Source: an uncultured delta proteobacterium (GTDB lineage Bacteria > Desulfobacterota > Binatia > Binatales > Binataceae). From it: a stretch of DNA of 64,000 nucleotides. Under the pieces are notes generated by a model. The model saw only the letters and a program-made list of their open reading frames with translations, was not told the DNA's origin and ran no database searches. The translations under genes were made by a program, and so were the position numbers. The DNA lies in NCBI GenBank assembly GCA_963794325.1, contig CAWCDG010000004.1, positions 1,728,001 to 1,792,000 of the forward strand, given 5' to 3'. Positions 49,459 to 59,355 of the stretch are shown here, piece after piece; positions within the stretch are counted from its first letter, which is position 1; each line of letters starts with the position of its first letter.

Positions 49459-50628
49459 TCAGTAGTTACGGACCTGTTCGAGGAAGCCTTTAAAGTTGCG
49501 CGTGATCTCGGTCAACGAATCGCCACCGAACTTTTCCAGGAAAGCCGCCGCGAGCTCAAACGCCACCACCGCTTCCGCGATCACCGCCGCTGCCGGAATC
49601 GCGCACACGTCGGAGCGCTCGATCGCGCCTACGGCTTCCGCCTTGGATTTGATATCGACCGATCGCAGCGGACGCATCAGCGTCGACAGCGGCTTGAACG
49701 CGACGCGCACCCGCAACGGCTCGCCAGTGCTCATGCCGCCCTCGGTGCCGCCGGAATTGTTGGAATGGCGCGTGAATCGACGATGCTCACTGTCGTAGCC
49801 GATTTCGTCGTGAAGTTCGGATCCGCGAATCCGCCCCGCGGTGAATCCCAGGCCAAGCTCGACACCCTTGGCAGCCTGCAAGCTGAGCAGCGCGAACGCG
49901 AGCCGTCCGTCGAGTTTGCGATCCCATTGGACGTGGCTGCCGAGCCCGACCGGCAATCCGGTCGCGACCACCTCGACGATACCGCCGAGCGTGTCGCCGG
50001 TTTTTTTGCAAGCGTCGATCTCCGCGATGATTTTACTTTCCGCGTCAGGATCGGCGACGCGCACCTGCGAAGCTTCGGTAGTGCGGCGCAATTCCGCGAT
50101 ACTCATCTCGAGCGGTGTCTTCGCTTCGGTCGCGCCGATGCTCGCGACGTAGCCGATCACGTCGATTCCGAACGGCAGCAGTATCTGCTTCGCGAGCCCG
50201 CCAATCGCCACGCGCGCAGTGGTCTCGCGCGCCGACGCCCGTTCGAGCACGTCGCGAATATCTTCGAGATTATATTTGAGCACGCCCGCCAGGTCGGCAT
50301 GGCCGGGCCGCGCGCGCGTGACGACCTCCGCCGCGCCGCGATCGCCGGGATCGGCAGACATCTTCTTGACCCAGTTCTTGAAGTCGCGATTCTCGATGAT
50401 GAAGGTGATCGGGCTGCCGAGCGATTTGCCGAAGCGGATGCCGGAAACCGGCCGCACTTCGTCCTTCTCGATCAGCATCCGCCCGCCGCGGCCGTAACCC
50501 TTCTGGCGGCGCGCGAGGTCAGCGTTGATCGCGGCAAGGTCGATGTCGAAACCGGCGGGCACGCCTTCGACAGTCGCGACCAACTCAGGCCCGTGCGATT
50601 CGCCGGCAGTCAAAAATCGGAGCGCCAT
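49459..50628 (-). CDS. aroC: Chorismate synthase
   Basis: LTAGESHG, RRQKGYGRGGR, RPGHAD, ERASARET, GGTEGGMS, ERSD. Confidence 0.95.
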   Translation of the reverse strand: MALRFLTAGESHGPELVATVEGVPAGFDIDLAAINADLARRQKGYGRGGRMLIEKDEVRPVSGIRFGKSLGSPITFIIENRDFKNWVKKMSADPGDRGAAEVVTRARPGHADLAGVLKYNLEDIRDVLERASARETTARVAIGGLAKQILLPFGIDVIGYVASIGATEAKTPLEMSIAELRRTTEASQVRVADPDAESKIIAEIDACKKTGDTLGGIVEVVATGLPVGLGSHVQWDRKLDGRLAFALLSLQAAKGVELGLGFTAGRIRGSELHDEIGYDSEHRRFTRHSNNSGGTEGGMSTGEPLRVRVAFKPLSTLMRPLRSVDIKSKAEAVGAIERSDVCAIPAAAVIAEAVVAFELAAAFLEKFGGDSLTEITRNFKGFLEQVRNY

Positions 50629-50721
50629 GCCCAGATTCAACCAGACTGCACGCCCGCGCGAAAGCGGGTGCCTCGCCCGAATACTCGCGCGCGGTGTAAG
50701 TTGCATGCCGAGAGAGTCGGA

Positions 50722-53193
50722 ATGCAGGCCAACATTGTGATCGTCGGGGCGACGCGCGGATTCGAAACGCTGACCTATGCGATTCCGCCTGCGCTGGACG
50801 GAAGTGTGCTGCCCGGGCATCGGGTGCTCGCGCCGCTTCGATCGCGCAAGGTGACCGGCGTCGTGACCGAGGTTGGCGAACGCCTCTCGACCGCCGAGCT
50901 GAAGCCTATCCTGGAAGTCCTCGAACCGCGCCCGCTATTCGATCGCGCCCATCTGCAACTGATGGAATTCCTCGCGTCCTACTACATGGTCTCGATTGCC
51001 GACGCGTACCGCAGCGTGATTCCCAATGTCGCGCGGGTCGAGTCGCATACCGCGTACAGCCTCGCAACAACACCCGACGCCCTGGCGCGCGCGGCGTTCA
51101 CTCGCGTCGAGCGGGCAATCGTCGAGAAAACTACCAAGGGCGCAGCGACCGCCCGCCAACTTGAAAAAATCGGCCCGCCGAGCGAAGTACGCGCCACGAT
51201 TGCGCGCTTCGTCGCCGACGGCGTCCTCGAACGCCGCGACGCTACGAAGGGGCGCCATCGCGAGACAGCGAATCTGGTCGCGCGGATGGTCGAGGGCGCC
51301 AGCGTCGAGAACGTGCGCGGCTCGAAGCAGCGCGAAGTGCTGACGACGATCGCGAACGGCGGCGCAATCGGCGTGCGCGTCGAAGATCTGAAGAGTGCGA
51401 TCGACGGTGCGAGTGCGGCTTTGAAGAGCCTCGCAAGTCGCGGGTTGATAGCGATCGAGAAACTGCCAGCCCTGGCCAGTACGGGCGTCGCGGCTGATTT
51501 CGATCTCAACGACGAACAGCAAATCGCGCTGGATGCTATCTCGCCGGCCATCGAGCATCGCCGCTACGAAGCGTTCTTGCTGTGGGGCGTCACCGCTAGC
51601 GGCAAGACCGAAATCTACCTGAACCTTGCCGCGCGAGCGCTCGCCGCCGGCCGCAACGTTCTGATCATGGTGCCCGAAATCGCGCTGGCCGACGAAATCG
51701 TGCGCTCGTTTCGCGCGCGTTTCGGCTCGCTGGTCGGAATCGCGCACAGCGCGCAGAGCGTGACCGAGCGATGGGCGAGCTGGATGGCCGCGCTTGGCGG
51801 TCAGGCGCGCGTGATGATTGGTCCGCGCTCGGTGATTTTCGCGCCGATGCACGACATCGGGCTGATAGTCGTCGACGAGGAGCACGACGCGTCCTATAAA
51901 AGCGAGGAAGGCATCTACTATCACGCACGCGATCTCGCGGTCGCGCTCGCGGGATTTTCCAAGTGCCCGGTCGTGCTCGGCTCGGCGACGCCGTCGAGCG
52001 AGTCGTACGCGAACGCGCGGCGTGGACGTTACCGGCTGTTGCGGCTATTGCGGCGGGTCAACGATCGCGCGATGGCCTCGGTCGAAATCGTCGATATGCG
52101 CCGCGAAGTCGCCGATGCGCGCAAGTTTGCGGCGTCCAAGCTTGCAAATGGCGCGGGCCCTCACCAATCGAAACCGGCGGAACCTCCCGACACTGTGCCG
52201 CTCTCGACGGCGCTGATCGCCGCGCTGCGCGAAAATCTCGCATCGGCTGGCCAGAGCATGGTGTTTCTCAACCGCCGCGGCTTCCATAATTTTCTGCAAT
52301 GCCACGTCTGCGGCAACGTGATCGCGTGCCCGAACTGCAGCGTCAGCATGACGTTTCACATGCGCGACCGGTCACTCCGTTGCCATTACTGCGGCAATCA
52401 CGCGGCGGCGCCCGACACCTGCCCCGAATGCAAAGGCTACGGCCTCAAGGGCCAGGGCTTCGGCACCGAGCGACTCACCGACACGCTGGCCGGCTTGATG
52501 CCGACTGCGCGCATCGAGCGGATGGACTCCGACACCAGCAGTGTGCGCGGCGCGCGGGCGCGGATGCTGGCCGAGCTTCGCGCCGGCGAAATAGATATCC
52601 TCGTCGGCACGCAGATGATCACCAAGGGTTTCGATTTTCCCGGCGTCACGCTGGCCGCGGTGGTCAACGCCGACATGGCGCTCAACATGCCCGACTTCCG
52701 TTCCGCCGAGCGCACGTTTCAATTGCTGACCCAGATCGCGGGACGCGCGGGACGCGGCGAGCGTGCGGGCCGCGTGATCATCCAGACGTACGCGCCCAAT
52801 CACTACAGTATCCGTGCCGCGAAGGATCAGGATTACGCGCGCTTCATGCGCCGCGAGCTGGAACTGCGCCGCGACCTTATGTATCCGCCGTTTGCCCGCC
52901 TCGCGATGGTGCGAGTCGAAGGCGCGGAGCCTCAGCTCGTCCGGCGCACGGCCGAGGCGGTCGCGAAATCGTTGTCGAAAAACGCTACGCCCGAGGGACT
53001 GCGTGTGCTGGGTCCGGCTCCCGCGCCAATCGAACGAATCAAGCAGCGCTACCGGTGGCAGGTGATGCTAAAGTCGCGCGAATTGAAATCGATGCGATCC
53101 GCCATCGCCTCGATGCGCGCCGAGGTCGGGCCGTCGGCCGATCGCGACGACATATTTCTTGCGATCGATATCGATCCGGTAAGGATGCTGTGA
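50722..53193 (+). CDS. priA: Primosomal protein N'
   Basis: GVTASGKTEIY, VPEIAL, DEEH, SATPS, LNRRG, four CxxC, GTQMITKG.DFP, QIAGRAGR. Confidence 0.95.
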   Translation: MQANIVIVGATRGFETLTYAIPPALDGSVLPGHRVLAPLRSRKVTGVVTEVGERLSTAELKPILEVLEPRPLFDRAHLQLMEFLASYYMVSIADAYRSVIPNVARVESHTAYSLATTPDALARAAFTRVERAIVEKTTKGAATARQLEKIGPPSEVRATIARFVADGVLERRDATKGRHRETANLVARMVEGASVENVRGSKQREVLTTIANGGAIGVRVEDLKSAIDGASAALKSLASRGLIAIEKLPALASTGVAADFDLNDEQQIALDAISPAIEHRRYEAFLLWGVTASGKTEIYLNLAARALAAGRNVLIMVPEIALADEIVRSFRARFGSLVGIAHSAQSVTERWASWMAALGGQARVMIGPRSVIFAPMHDIGLIVVDEEHDASYKSEEGIYYHARDLAVALAGFSKCPVVLGSATPSSESYANARRGRYRLLRLLRRVNDRAMASVEIVDMRREVADARKFAASKLANGAGPHQSKPAEPPDTVPLSTALIAALRENLASAGQSMVFLNRRGFHNFLQCHVCGNVIACPNCSVSMTFHMRDRSLRCHYCGNHAAAPDTCPECKGYGLKGQGFGTERLTDTLAGLMPTARIERMDSDTSSVRGARARMLAELRAGEIDILVGTQMITKGFDFPGVTLAAVVNADMALNMPDFRSAERTFQLLTQIAGRAGRGERAGRVIIQTYAPNHYSIRAAKDQDYARFMRRELELRRDLMYPPFARLAMVRVEGAEPQLVRRTAEAVAKSLSKNATPEGLRVLGPAPAPIERIKQRYRWQVMLKSRELKSMRSAIASMRAEVGPSADRDDIFLAIDIDPVRML

Positions 53194-53205
53194 GCAGTTA
53201 AAAAA

Positions 53206-54150
53206 ATGAATGAGACCAGCCAACCTCACCCGCTTCATCATGTCCCGCGGGCGCATCACGCCTTCGACGTGAGGATGCACGATGGCGCGACGATCCACGT
53301 TCGCCAGCACGGTATTCCCGGCGCGCCGCGCCTCGTCCTCAGTCACGGCAACGGCCTCGCCATCGACGGCTACTTTCCATTCTGGGGACCGCTGCGCGCG
53401 CGCTACGAGGTTGTCGTCTTCGACTTCCGCAATCACGGCCACAACCCGCTGCACGGCGCGGAAGGGCACACGTGGCAGAATTTCATCGACGATATGGACG
53501 TGGTCTGGCACGCTGTTAATCGCGAGCTGGGCGCGAAGCCCGCCGCCGGATTATTTCATTCTCTGTCGGGCGTCACGGCTGCGATGCATGCGCTCCAGTA
53601 CGGACGCCGATTCGATGCGCTGGTGCTGTTCGATCCGCCGGTCTATCCGCGCGCCGGCCATCCGATTCAGTACCTGCAGCAATCCGACAAGGAGTCGCTC
53701 GCCTCGCGCGCGGCGCGCCGTCCCGAGCGCTATAAAGATCCGATGGACCTCGCGAAGCAGTTCAAGCGCCGCTTCAAAAGTTGGGTGCCCGACGCTTACG
53801 AGCTGATGGCGCGCGCAACCCTGCGCCACGATCGCGCGAGCGGCGACTGGATTCTCGCGTGTCCGCGCGAATACGAGGCGCACGTTTTTTCCAGCGGCGC
53901 GAATCCGAATCTCTGGCCGCAGATGGCGCATTGCCCGGTGCCGGTGAAACTCGTATGCGGCGACCCTACAATCGATGAAGCGATGCCGCCGGCATTGATC
54001 GGCCGCGCGATGGCCGAGGAGCTCGGGCTGCCTTACGAAGCGATCGCGGGGACCACGCATTTTCTGCAAATCGAGCGCCCAGCCGAATGTATCCGCGCCG
54101 TCGAATCGTTTCTCGCGCCGCTCGGACTCGCCGCGCCAGCTACCCTTTGA
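53206..54150 (+). CDS. Alpha/beta-fold hydrolase
   Basis: SHGNG, DFRNHG, FHSLSG nucleophile elbow, THFLQIERP. Confidence 0.85.
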   Translation: MNETSQPHPLHHVPRAHHAFDVRMHDGATIHVRQHGIPGAPRLVLSHGNGLAIDGYFPFWGPLRARYEVVVFDFRNHGHNPLHGAEGHTWQNFIDDMDVVWHAVNRELGAKPAAGLFHSLSGVTAAMHALQYGRRFDALVLFDPPVYPRAGHPIQYLQQSDKESLASRAARRPERYKDPMDLAKQFKRRFKSWVPDAYELMARATLRHDRASGDWILACPREYEAHVFSSGANPNLWPQMAHCPVPVKLVCGDPTIDEAMPPALIGRAMAEELGLPYEAIAGTTHFLQIERPAECIRAVESFLAPLGLAAPATL

Positions 54151-54167
54151 TAGATTTCCAGGTACAG

Positions 54168-54710
54168 ATGGCACTGCTGAAAATTCGCAAATTTCCCGAC
54201 GACACCCTGAAGGAGCCGGCCGCCCCGGTCAAGAATATCAACGGCAACGTCGAAGGGCTGATCGACAGCATGGTGCAGACCATGTACGCCGCACCCGGCG
54301 TGGGTCTCGCCGCGCCGCAGGTCGGAGAATCGAAGCGGATAATTGTGCTCGATACCGATCACGAAAATCCCGGCAAGCATTTGTTGAAACTGATTAACCC
54401 GCAGGTGGTCGAAGCCGAGGGCAAGATCGTTTGGGAAGAGGGCTGCCTGTCGGTGATCGATTACACTGCCGACGTCGAGCGCGCCGCGCACGTGCTGGTC
54501 CGCGCATGGACGCCCGACGAAAAGGAAATCGAGATCGAAGCCGACGAATTGCTCGCGGTCGCCCTGCAGCACGAAATCGATCACCTGGACGGCAAGCTCT
54601 TCATCGATCGTATCAGCCGAATCAAGCGCGAGCTCTACAAGCGCAAACTGAAAAAGCTAATCAGGGAGGGCAAAGCCGACAGCGTCGGTCCCTCCACGGT
54701 GCGGATCTAA
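54168..54710 (+). CDS. def: Peptide deformylase
   Basis: GVGLAAPQVG, EGCLS, QHEIDHLDG. Confidence 0.96.
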   Translation: MALLKIRKFPDDTLKEPAAPVKNINGNVEGLIDSMVQTMYAAPGVGLAAPQVGESKRIIVLDTDHENPGKHLLKLINPQVVEAEGKIVWEEGCLSVIDYTADVERAAHVLVRAWTPDEKEIEIEADELLAVALQHEIDHLDGKLFIDRISRIKRELYKRKLKKLIREGKADSVGPSTVRI

Positions 54711-54738
54711 AATCGCCGACCCACTAAAGATAGTCTTC

Positions 54739-55665
54739 ATGGGCACGCCGAGTTTGGCGGCCCACATTCTGGAAAGGCTCGTAACGGCTTCAGGAGCCAT
54801 CTTCAGGGTCGTTGGGGTCGTCACGCGCCCCGATCAGCCTCGCGGCCGCGGCTTCGGGATAACGCCGAGCGAAGTCGGCGTCGTTGCGGCGAAGCATCAG
54901 GTTCCGACATTGAAGCCGGTCAAAATTCGCACCGCGGAATTTCTGAACGAGTTGAAAGCATTCGAGCCGGATCTATTGGTGGTCGCCGCGTACGGGCGAA
55001 TCTTGCCGAACTCGATTCTCGACGTTCCCAAAATCGCGCCGATGAACGTGCACGCATCGCTGCTGCCGCGGCATCGCGGCGCCGCTCCGGTCGAAGGCGC
55101 GATCCTCGCGGGAGACTCCGAGACGGGCGTCACTATCATGCGGATCGTCGAGCAGATGGACGCCGGCCCGATGTACTTCCAGCGCAAGATTCCGATCGAG
55201 CCGCACGACACCCAGGGAACGCTGAAAGAAAAACTCGCGGAGCTCGGCGCAGTCGCGATGCTTGAGGCGATCGATCTCTGTGCACGCGATGAACTGGTCG
55301 AGACGCCGCAGGACGACGCGCTCGCAACCTACACCGCGCAAGTCGAAAAGAAGGACGCCGTGATCGATTGGAACGCCGGCGCCGCACAAATCGAACGCAT
55401 GACGCGCGCATACGATCCGTGGCCGGTCGCGCGCACCCGTCTCGGCGCTGACGAGATTCTAATCTGGCGCGCCGCGGTCGACGATGAATCCTCCAGTGGC
55501 GACGCGTTCGGCACGATCGTGAGCATGAAACCAAATCCAGTCGTCCAATGCGGAGCGGGGCGACTAAGGCTCATCGAAGTGCAGGCGCCCGGCCGAAAGC
55601 GAATGCCCGCGGCTGATTTCCTTCGCGGCAAACGCATCGAACCCGGCGCCCGCTTCGGCGCATGA
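54739..55665 (+). CDS. fmt: Methionyl-tRNA formyltransferase (true start probably ~54712)
   Basis: KIVFMGTP, VVTRPD, VAAYGRIL, NVHASLLPR.RGAAP, MDAGP. Confidence 0.95.
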   Translation: MGTPSLAAHILERLVTASGAIFRVVGVVTRPDQPRGRGFGITPSEVGVVAAKHQVPTLKPVKIRTAEFLNELKAFEPDLLVVAAYGRILPNSILDVPKIAPMNVHASLLPRHRGAAPVEGAILAGDSETGVTIMRIVEQMDAGPMYFQRKIPIEPHDTQGTLKEKLAELGAVAMLEAIDLCARDELVETPQDDALATYTAQVEKKDAVIDWNAGAAQIERMTRAYDPWPVARTRLGADEILIWRAAVDDESSSGDAFGTIVSMKPNPVVQCGAGRLRLIEVQAPGRKRMPAADFLRGKRIEPGARFGA

Positions 55666-57043
55666 AAGAGGCACCGGCGAAAGCGGCGCGACCAAGTTCG
55701 CGCACTGACGAGGGCCTCGCGTCGCGAATGGCCGCGGTCGAGATTCTGTATCGCGTCGATCGCGAGTCCGCGTATGCCGACGTTCTTCTCGGTGGCCGTC
55801 TCCCGGAGTTCGCGCCCGCCGATCGACGCCTCATCACGCGGCTCGTGCTCGGAACGCTCGCGTGGCAAGCACGCCTCGACTTCGAGCTGGCGCATCTCAC
55901 GGGTCGCAAGCTCGACGGCATTCAGCCCGCGGCGCTCGCAATCATGCGGATGGGACTCTTTCAACTTCGATTTCTCGATCGGATTCCGCAGCATGCGATC
56001 GTGGACACGGCGGTCAGCCTCGCGAAACGAATCGCCGAGGCGCGCAAGGCGTCGGGCTTCATCAATGCCGTGATGCGGCGTGCGACACGCGAGACCGCGC
56101 CGATGCCGTCGCGCGAGCGTGATGAAAAAACTTTTCTGGCGATCACATTGTCGCATCCGCGCTGGATGGTCGATCGATTCGTCGAATGGTTCGGCGTCGC
56201 GAATGCCGAGCGCCTGATGACCGCCAACAACGAAGCCGCGCCCAACGTGATCCGGCTGAATCTCGCGCGTGGCTCTCGCGCCGAAATAATCGAGAAGCTG
56301 AACGCGGATGGTTTCGAGATTGGCACGCCTGGCCGCGCGCCCGAGACGATCGTCCTGGCTGGCGCGCCGCACTTCGAGTCGCGTGCGTATCGCGACGGCC
56401 TGTTCCATGCGCAATCCGAGGCCTCGCAGATGGTGGCTCGAATGCTTGCGCCGCCAGTCGGTGCGACCGTGGTGGATTGTGCGGCCGCGCCCGGTGGCAA
56501 GGCGACTCATCTCGCGGAGATCGTCGGCGATCGAGGCCGCGTGATCGGCGTCGACCTGAATTTCAATGGACTCAAGAACGCGCGCGAGCTGGCTCGCCGC
56601 CTGCGCCATCGCAATGTCGAATTTGTTTGCGCGGACCTGGCCGCCGCCGCGACCGTTCGCGCCTGTCGAGCTTCGACTACGTGCTGCTCGACGCGCCGTG
56701 CACCGGTCTCGGCACCTTGCGCGAGCATCCCGAGATCAAGTGGCGCCTCAAGCCCGCCGATCCCGCCCGCATGGCTGCGATCCAATCGCAGATGCTCGAG
56801 AACGCCTCAGCGCTGGTGCGTCGAGGAGGCGCGCTGGTCTATTCGGTCTGCAGTATCGCGCCCGAAGAAGGCGACGGGGTCGTCGATGAATTCCTTGCGC
56901 GCCACCACGATTTCGAAATCGATCGCGGCGTAGCGGGTCGAGATGAGTTTAGAGACGTTATCGATGCGCGAGGGTTCATGAAGACCCACTCCGACCTCGG
57001 CGGACTCGACGGATTCTTTGCGGCGCGGTTGATTCGGCGCTAG
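55662..57043 (+). CDS. rsmB: 16S rRNA m5C967 methyltransferase (frameshift near 56660)
   Basis: NusB-like N-terminus, AAAPGGK, DAPCTGLG, YSVCS, DGFFAA. Confidence 0.92.
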
Positions 57044-57112
57044 AATTTTAATTAACTACGGCGCAGGCAAGTGGACGCAGCACTTCATACTCTTGGACCG
57101 AGCGGCGATTGA

Positions 57113-57796
57113 ATGATAGCGGGGGCCGTCAGAGCCAGTAGCGATTCGAATTCGGATCATCTCGGTCCGCTCGGTTGGACGTTCGCTTTCACGCTGAGCG
57201 TGCTTACGTTCATGCTTGCCGGGTGCTCCTCGCAGAATTTCTCCTCTGCGCCGGCCACCAGCTATTACGCGCCGACCACCTATGGCGGGACGCGCACCGA
57301 AGTCGCGTCATGGTACGGGCCCGGCTTCGCGGGCCGTCGCACCAGCACCGGTGAGATCTACAATCCCGAGGGGTTGACGGCGGCGTCCACCACGCTGCCG
57401 CTCGGCTCGCACGTGAGGGTCGTGAATCCCGACACCGGGAGATCGGTGGTGGTGCGAATCAATGACCGCGGACCCTACGTGCGCGGGCGTTCGCTCGACC
57501 TGTCGCATGGCGCCGCGCAGCAAATCGGGCTGACCGGCAAGGGCGTCGGCAGGGTGGAAGTTACCCCGACCGCGAGAAGCACGCCGACCGTGATTTCACG
57601 CAGCGCGGTTTATTCTTACAGCTCGCTTGGGGCCTCGTCCGCGCCGCCGCGCCATCTTCGCTACATTTCCTACGAGTCGCCGACTTCCTACCCGACGCGC
57701 ACCCGCACGCGCCATCGCTACCATCATTATTCATCTACGCGAATAGTCTCGAACCCGATCGGTGCGTGGTTGTCGAGCGCCTTCCCCCGATTCTGA
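57113..57796 (+). CDS. rlpA: RlpA-family septal ring lytic transglycosylase lipoprotein
   Basis: Lipobox LAGC; ASWYG..TGE..TAA..LPLG..VRINDRGP..LDLS. Confidence 0.88.
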   Translation: MIAGAVRASSDSNSDHLGPLGWTFAFTLSVLTFMLAGCSSQNFSSAPATSYYAPTTYGGTRTEVASWYGPGFAGRRTSTGEIYNPEGLTAASTTLPLGSHVRVVNPDTGRSVVVRINDRGPYVRGRSLDLSHGAAQQIGLTGKGVGRVEVTPTARSTPTVISRSAVYSYSSLGASSAPPRHLRYISYESPTSYPTRTRTRHRYHHYSSTRIVSNPIGAWLSSAFPRF

Positions 57797-57818
57797 GCGA
57801 GTGGCCACTACTAAGTCT

Positions 57819-58112
57819 ATGTCGAAGATCGCCAGAGAGGCAGATTGGCTGGGTCCTGCCGTCGCGCCCGGCGAAATCCTCCTGGAGGAATACCTCAAGC
57901 CGCTCGGCCTCGGGCAGGTCGAGGCCGCCCGCCGCCTTGGCATCTCGCTCAACCGCTTGAATGAGATAGTTCTCGGCAAACGCGCTATCACCGCCGATAC
58001 GGCGCTACGACTCGGGCGCATCTTTAAGACTTCAGCGCAGTTGTGGATGCGACTGCAGGCTGACTGGGATCTGCATCGAGCTCTCCAACGGCAATCGCGA
58101 AGCGCATCTTAG
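57819..58112 (+). CDS. higA: HigA-family addiction module antitoxin (orphan)
   Basis: PGEILLEEYLKPLGL..RLNEIV.GKRAITADTALRL..W.RLQ. Confidence 0.87.
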   Translation: MSKIAREADWLGPAVAPGEILLEEYLKPLGLGQVEAARRLGISLNRLNEIVLGKRAITADTALRLGRIFKTSAQLWMRLQADWDLHRALQRQSRSAS

Positions 58113-58151
58113 AGATTCGCAATCGATTCACGCTGCGGTTAATCTCTGAAT

Positions 58152-58844
58152 ATGGCTCATCCGACCCAGGATTCCGCCGACAAACTAGCGCCCTCGATTC
58201 TCTCCGCTGACTTTGCGCGGCTCGGCGACGAGATTCGCGCCGTCGAAAAGGCCGGCGCCGACATGATTCATTTCGACGTGATGGACGGGCACTTCGTGCC
58301 TAATATCTCAATTGGAATCCCGGTGATGGAGTCGGTGCGCAAGATAACCAGGCTGCCGCTCGATGCGCACCTGATGATTTCCGAGCCGGCGCGCTACGTC
58401 GAAAAGTTCGTGAAGGCGGGCGCCAATTCAATTTCGGTGCATTGCGAGGTCTGTCCCGACATCCCCGCGATGGCGAAGCGAATCCATGACCTCGGCGCGC
58501 GCGCGTCGATCGGGATCAATCCCGAGACCGACGCCGACAAGGTGCTGCCCTTCGCCGAGCATCTCGACATGATCCTCGTGATGAGTGTGCATCCGGGCTT
58601 CGGCGGCCAGGAGTTCATCCCGGCCGCGCTGGACAAGCTGCGCTACATCCGGCGCGAACTGAAGCGTCGCGGTCTCAGCATCGACGTCGAGATCGACGGC
58701 GGCGTGAAGCTCGACAACATCGCCGACGTAAAGGCCGCCGGCGCCAACGTTTTTGTTTCAGGCTCAGGAATCTTCGGCAAGCCCGACTACACGAAAATCA
58801 TGAGTGAGATGCGCGACCTAGTCGGGCGGACGCATCAGCCGTGA
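58152..58844 (+). CDS. rpe: Ribulose-phosphate 3-epimerase
   Basis: APSILSADF, HFDVMDGHFVPN, MSVHPGFGGQ, IDGG. Confidence 0.96.
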   Translation: MAHPTQDSADKLAPSILSADFARLGDEIRAVEKAGADMIHFDVMDGHFVPNISIGIPVMESVRKITRLPLDAHLMISEPARYVEKFVKAGANSISVHCEVCPDIPAMAKRIHDLGARASIGINPETDADKVLPFAEHLDMILVMSVHPGFGGQEFIPAALDKLRYIRRELKRRGLSIDVEIDGGVKLDNIADVKAAGANVFVSGSGIFGKPDYTKIMSEMRDLVGRTHQP

Positions 58845-59104
58845 AGCCCCGCCGCGCTGCCGCGCTCGCGCTTGTGGTTATTCTGGTCGTTGTTTTGCAG
58901 GTACTCGTGACTTCGAGAGACGGGTACCCAACGGTGCTCTTCTACCTTGTTTTTTGGCCGAACCTTCTTCTTGGAGAGATTCCCGGCGTGCCGCCATTCA
59001 TTCGGTGGTCTGCCCTTGCCCTTCTCTGGCCGACCGTCGGCTGGCTGGTGCTGTCGCTCTTCGTCATTCGGTGTGGACAGCGCAAATCCTCCAAATCAAA
59101 TTAA
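58841..59104 (+). CDS. Small hypothetical membrane protein
   Basis: GTGA overlap with rpe; hydrophobic segments; lower GC. Confidence 0.5.
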   Translation: MKPRRAAALALVVILVVVLQVLVTSRDGYPTVLFYLVFWPNLLLGEIPGVPPFIRWSALALLWPTVGWLVLSLFVIRCGQRKSSKSN

Positions 59105-59152
59105 GACACTGACGATTTGAAATTCAGACACTCAGCGCCGAATTAAGACAGC
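59099..59152. repeat. Three short direct repeats AATTMAGACA
   Basis: AATTAAGACACT 59099, AATTCAGACACT 59121, AATTAAGACAGC 59141. Confidence 0.65.
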
Positions 59153-59238
59153 CCCAGCGATTCCGCCGCACTCGCGCGGTATCGCCTCCAATGCTATAAC
59201 CACTCGTCTGTACCTTCCCGATAACGCTCAACCGGAGA

Positions 59239-59313
59239 CGGGGTGTAGCTCAGCCTGGCCAGAGCACTGCGTTCGGGACGCAGGAGTCGCTGGTTCAAAT
59301 CCAGTCACCCCGA
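59239..59313 (+). tRNA. tRNA-Pro(CGG), CCA not encoded
   Basis: Acceptor stem CGGGGTG/CACCCCG, D arm GCTC..GAGC, anticodon arm CTGCG-TTCGGGA-CGCAG, GGTTCAAATCC. Confidence 0.95.
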
Positions 59314-59355
59314 TCTTTTCAGTGAATTGCCCTCCGGGGGCCAGCCTAACGAAAC

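Noticed and set aside
49423-50721. 433-aa N-terminal extension of PriA in the ORF track
   Set aside because: It is the antisense shadow of aroC; PriA similarity begins at ~50722.
42724-57043. Frameshifts in ileS, aroB and rsmB (also oppC, a CoA-transferase and the cupin) as programmed frameshifting or pseudogenisation
   Set aside because: They are scattered single-base indels with no shared slippery motif and they hit essential genes. Uncorrected long-read error is the simplest explanation; read polishing would confirm.
59239-59355. Integrative element at tRNA-Pro
   Set aside because: No integrase, no duplicated tRNA 3' end was noticed, and plsY follows directly.
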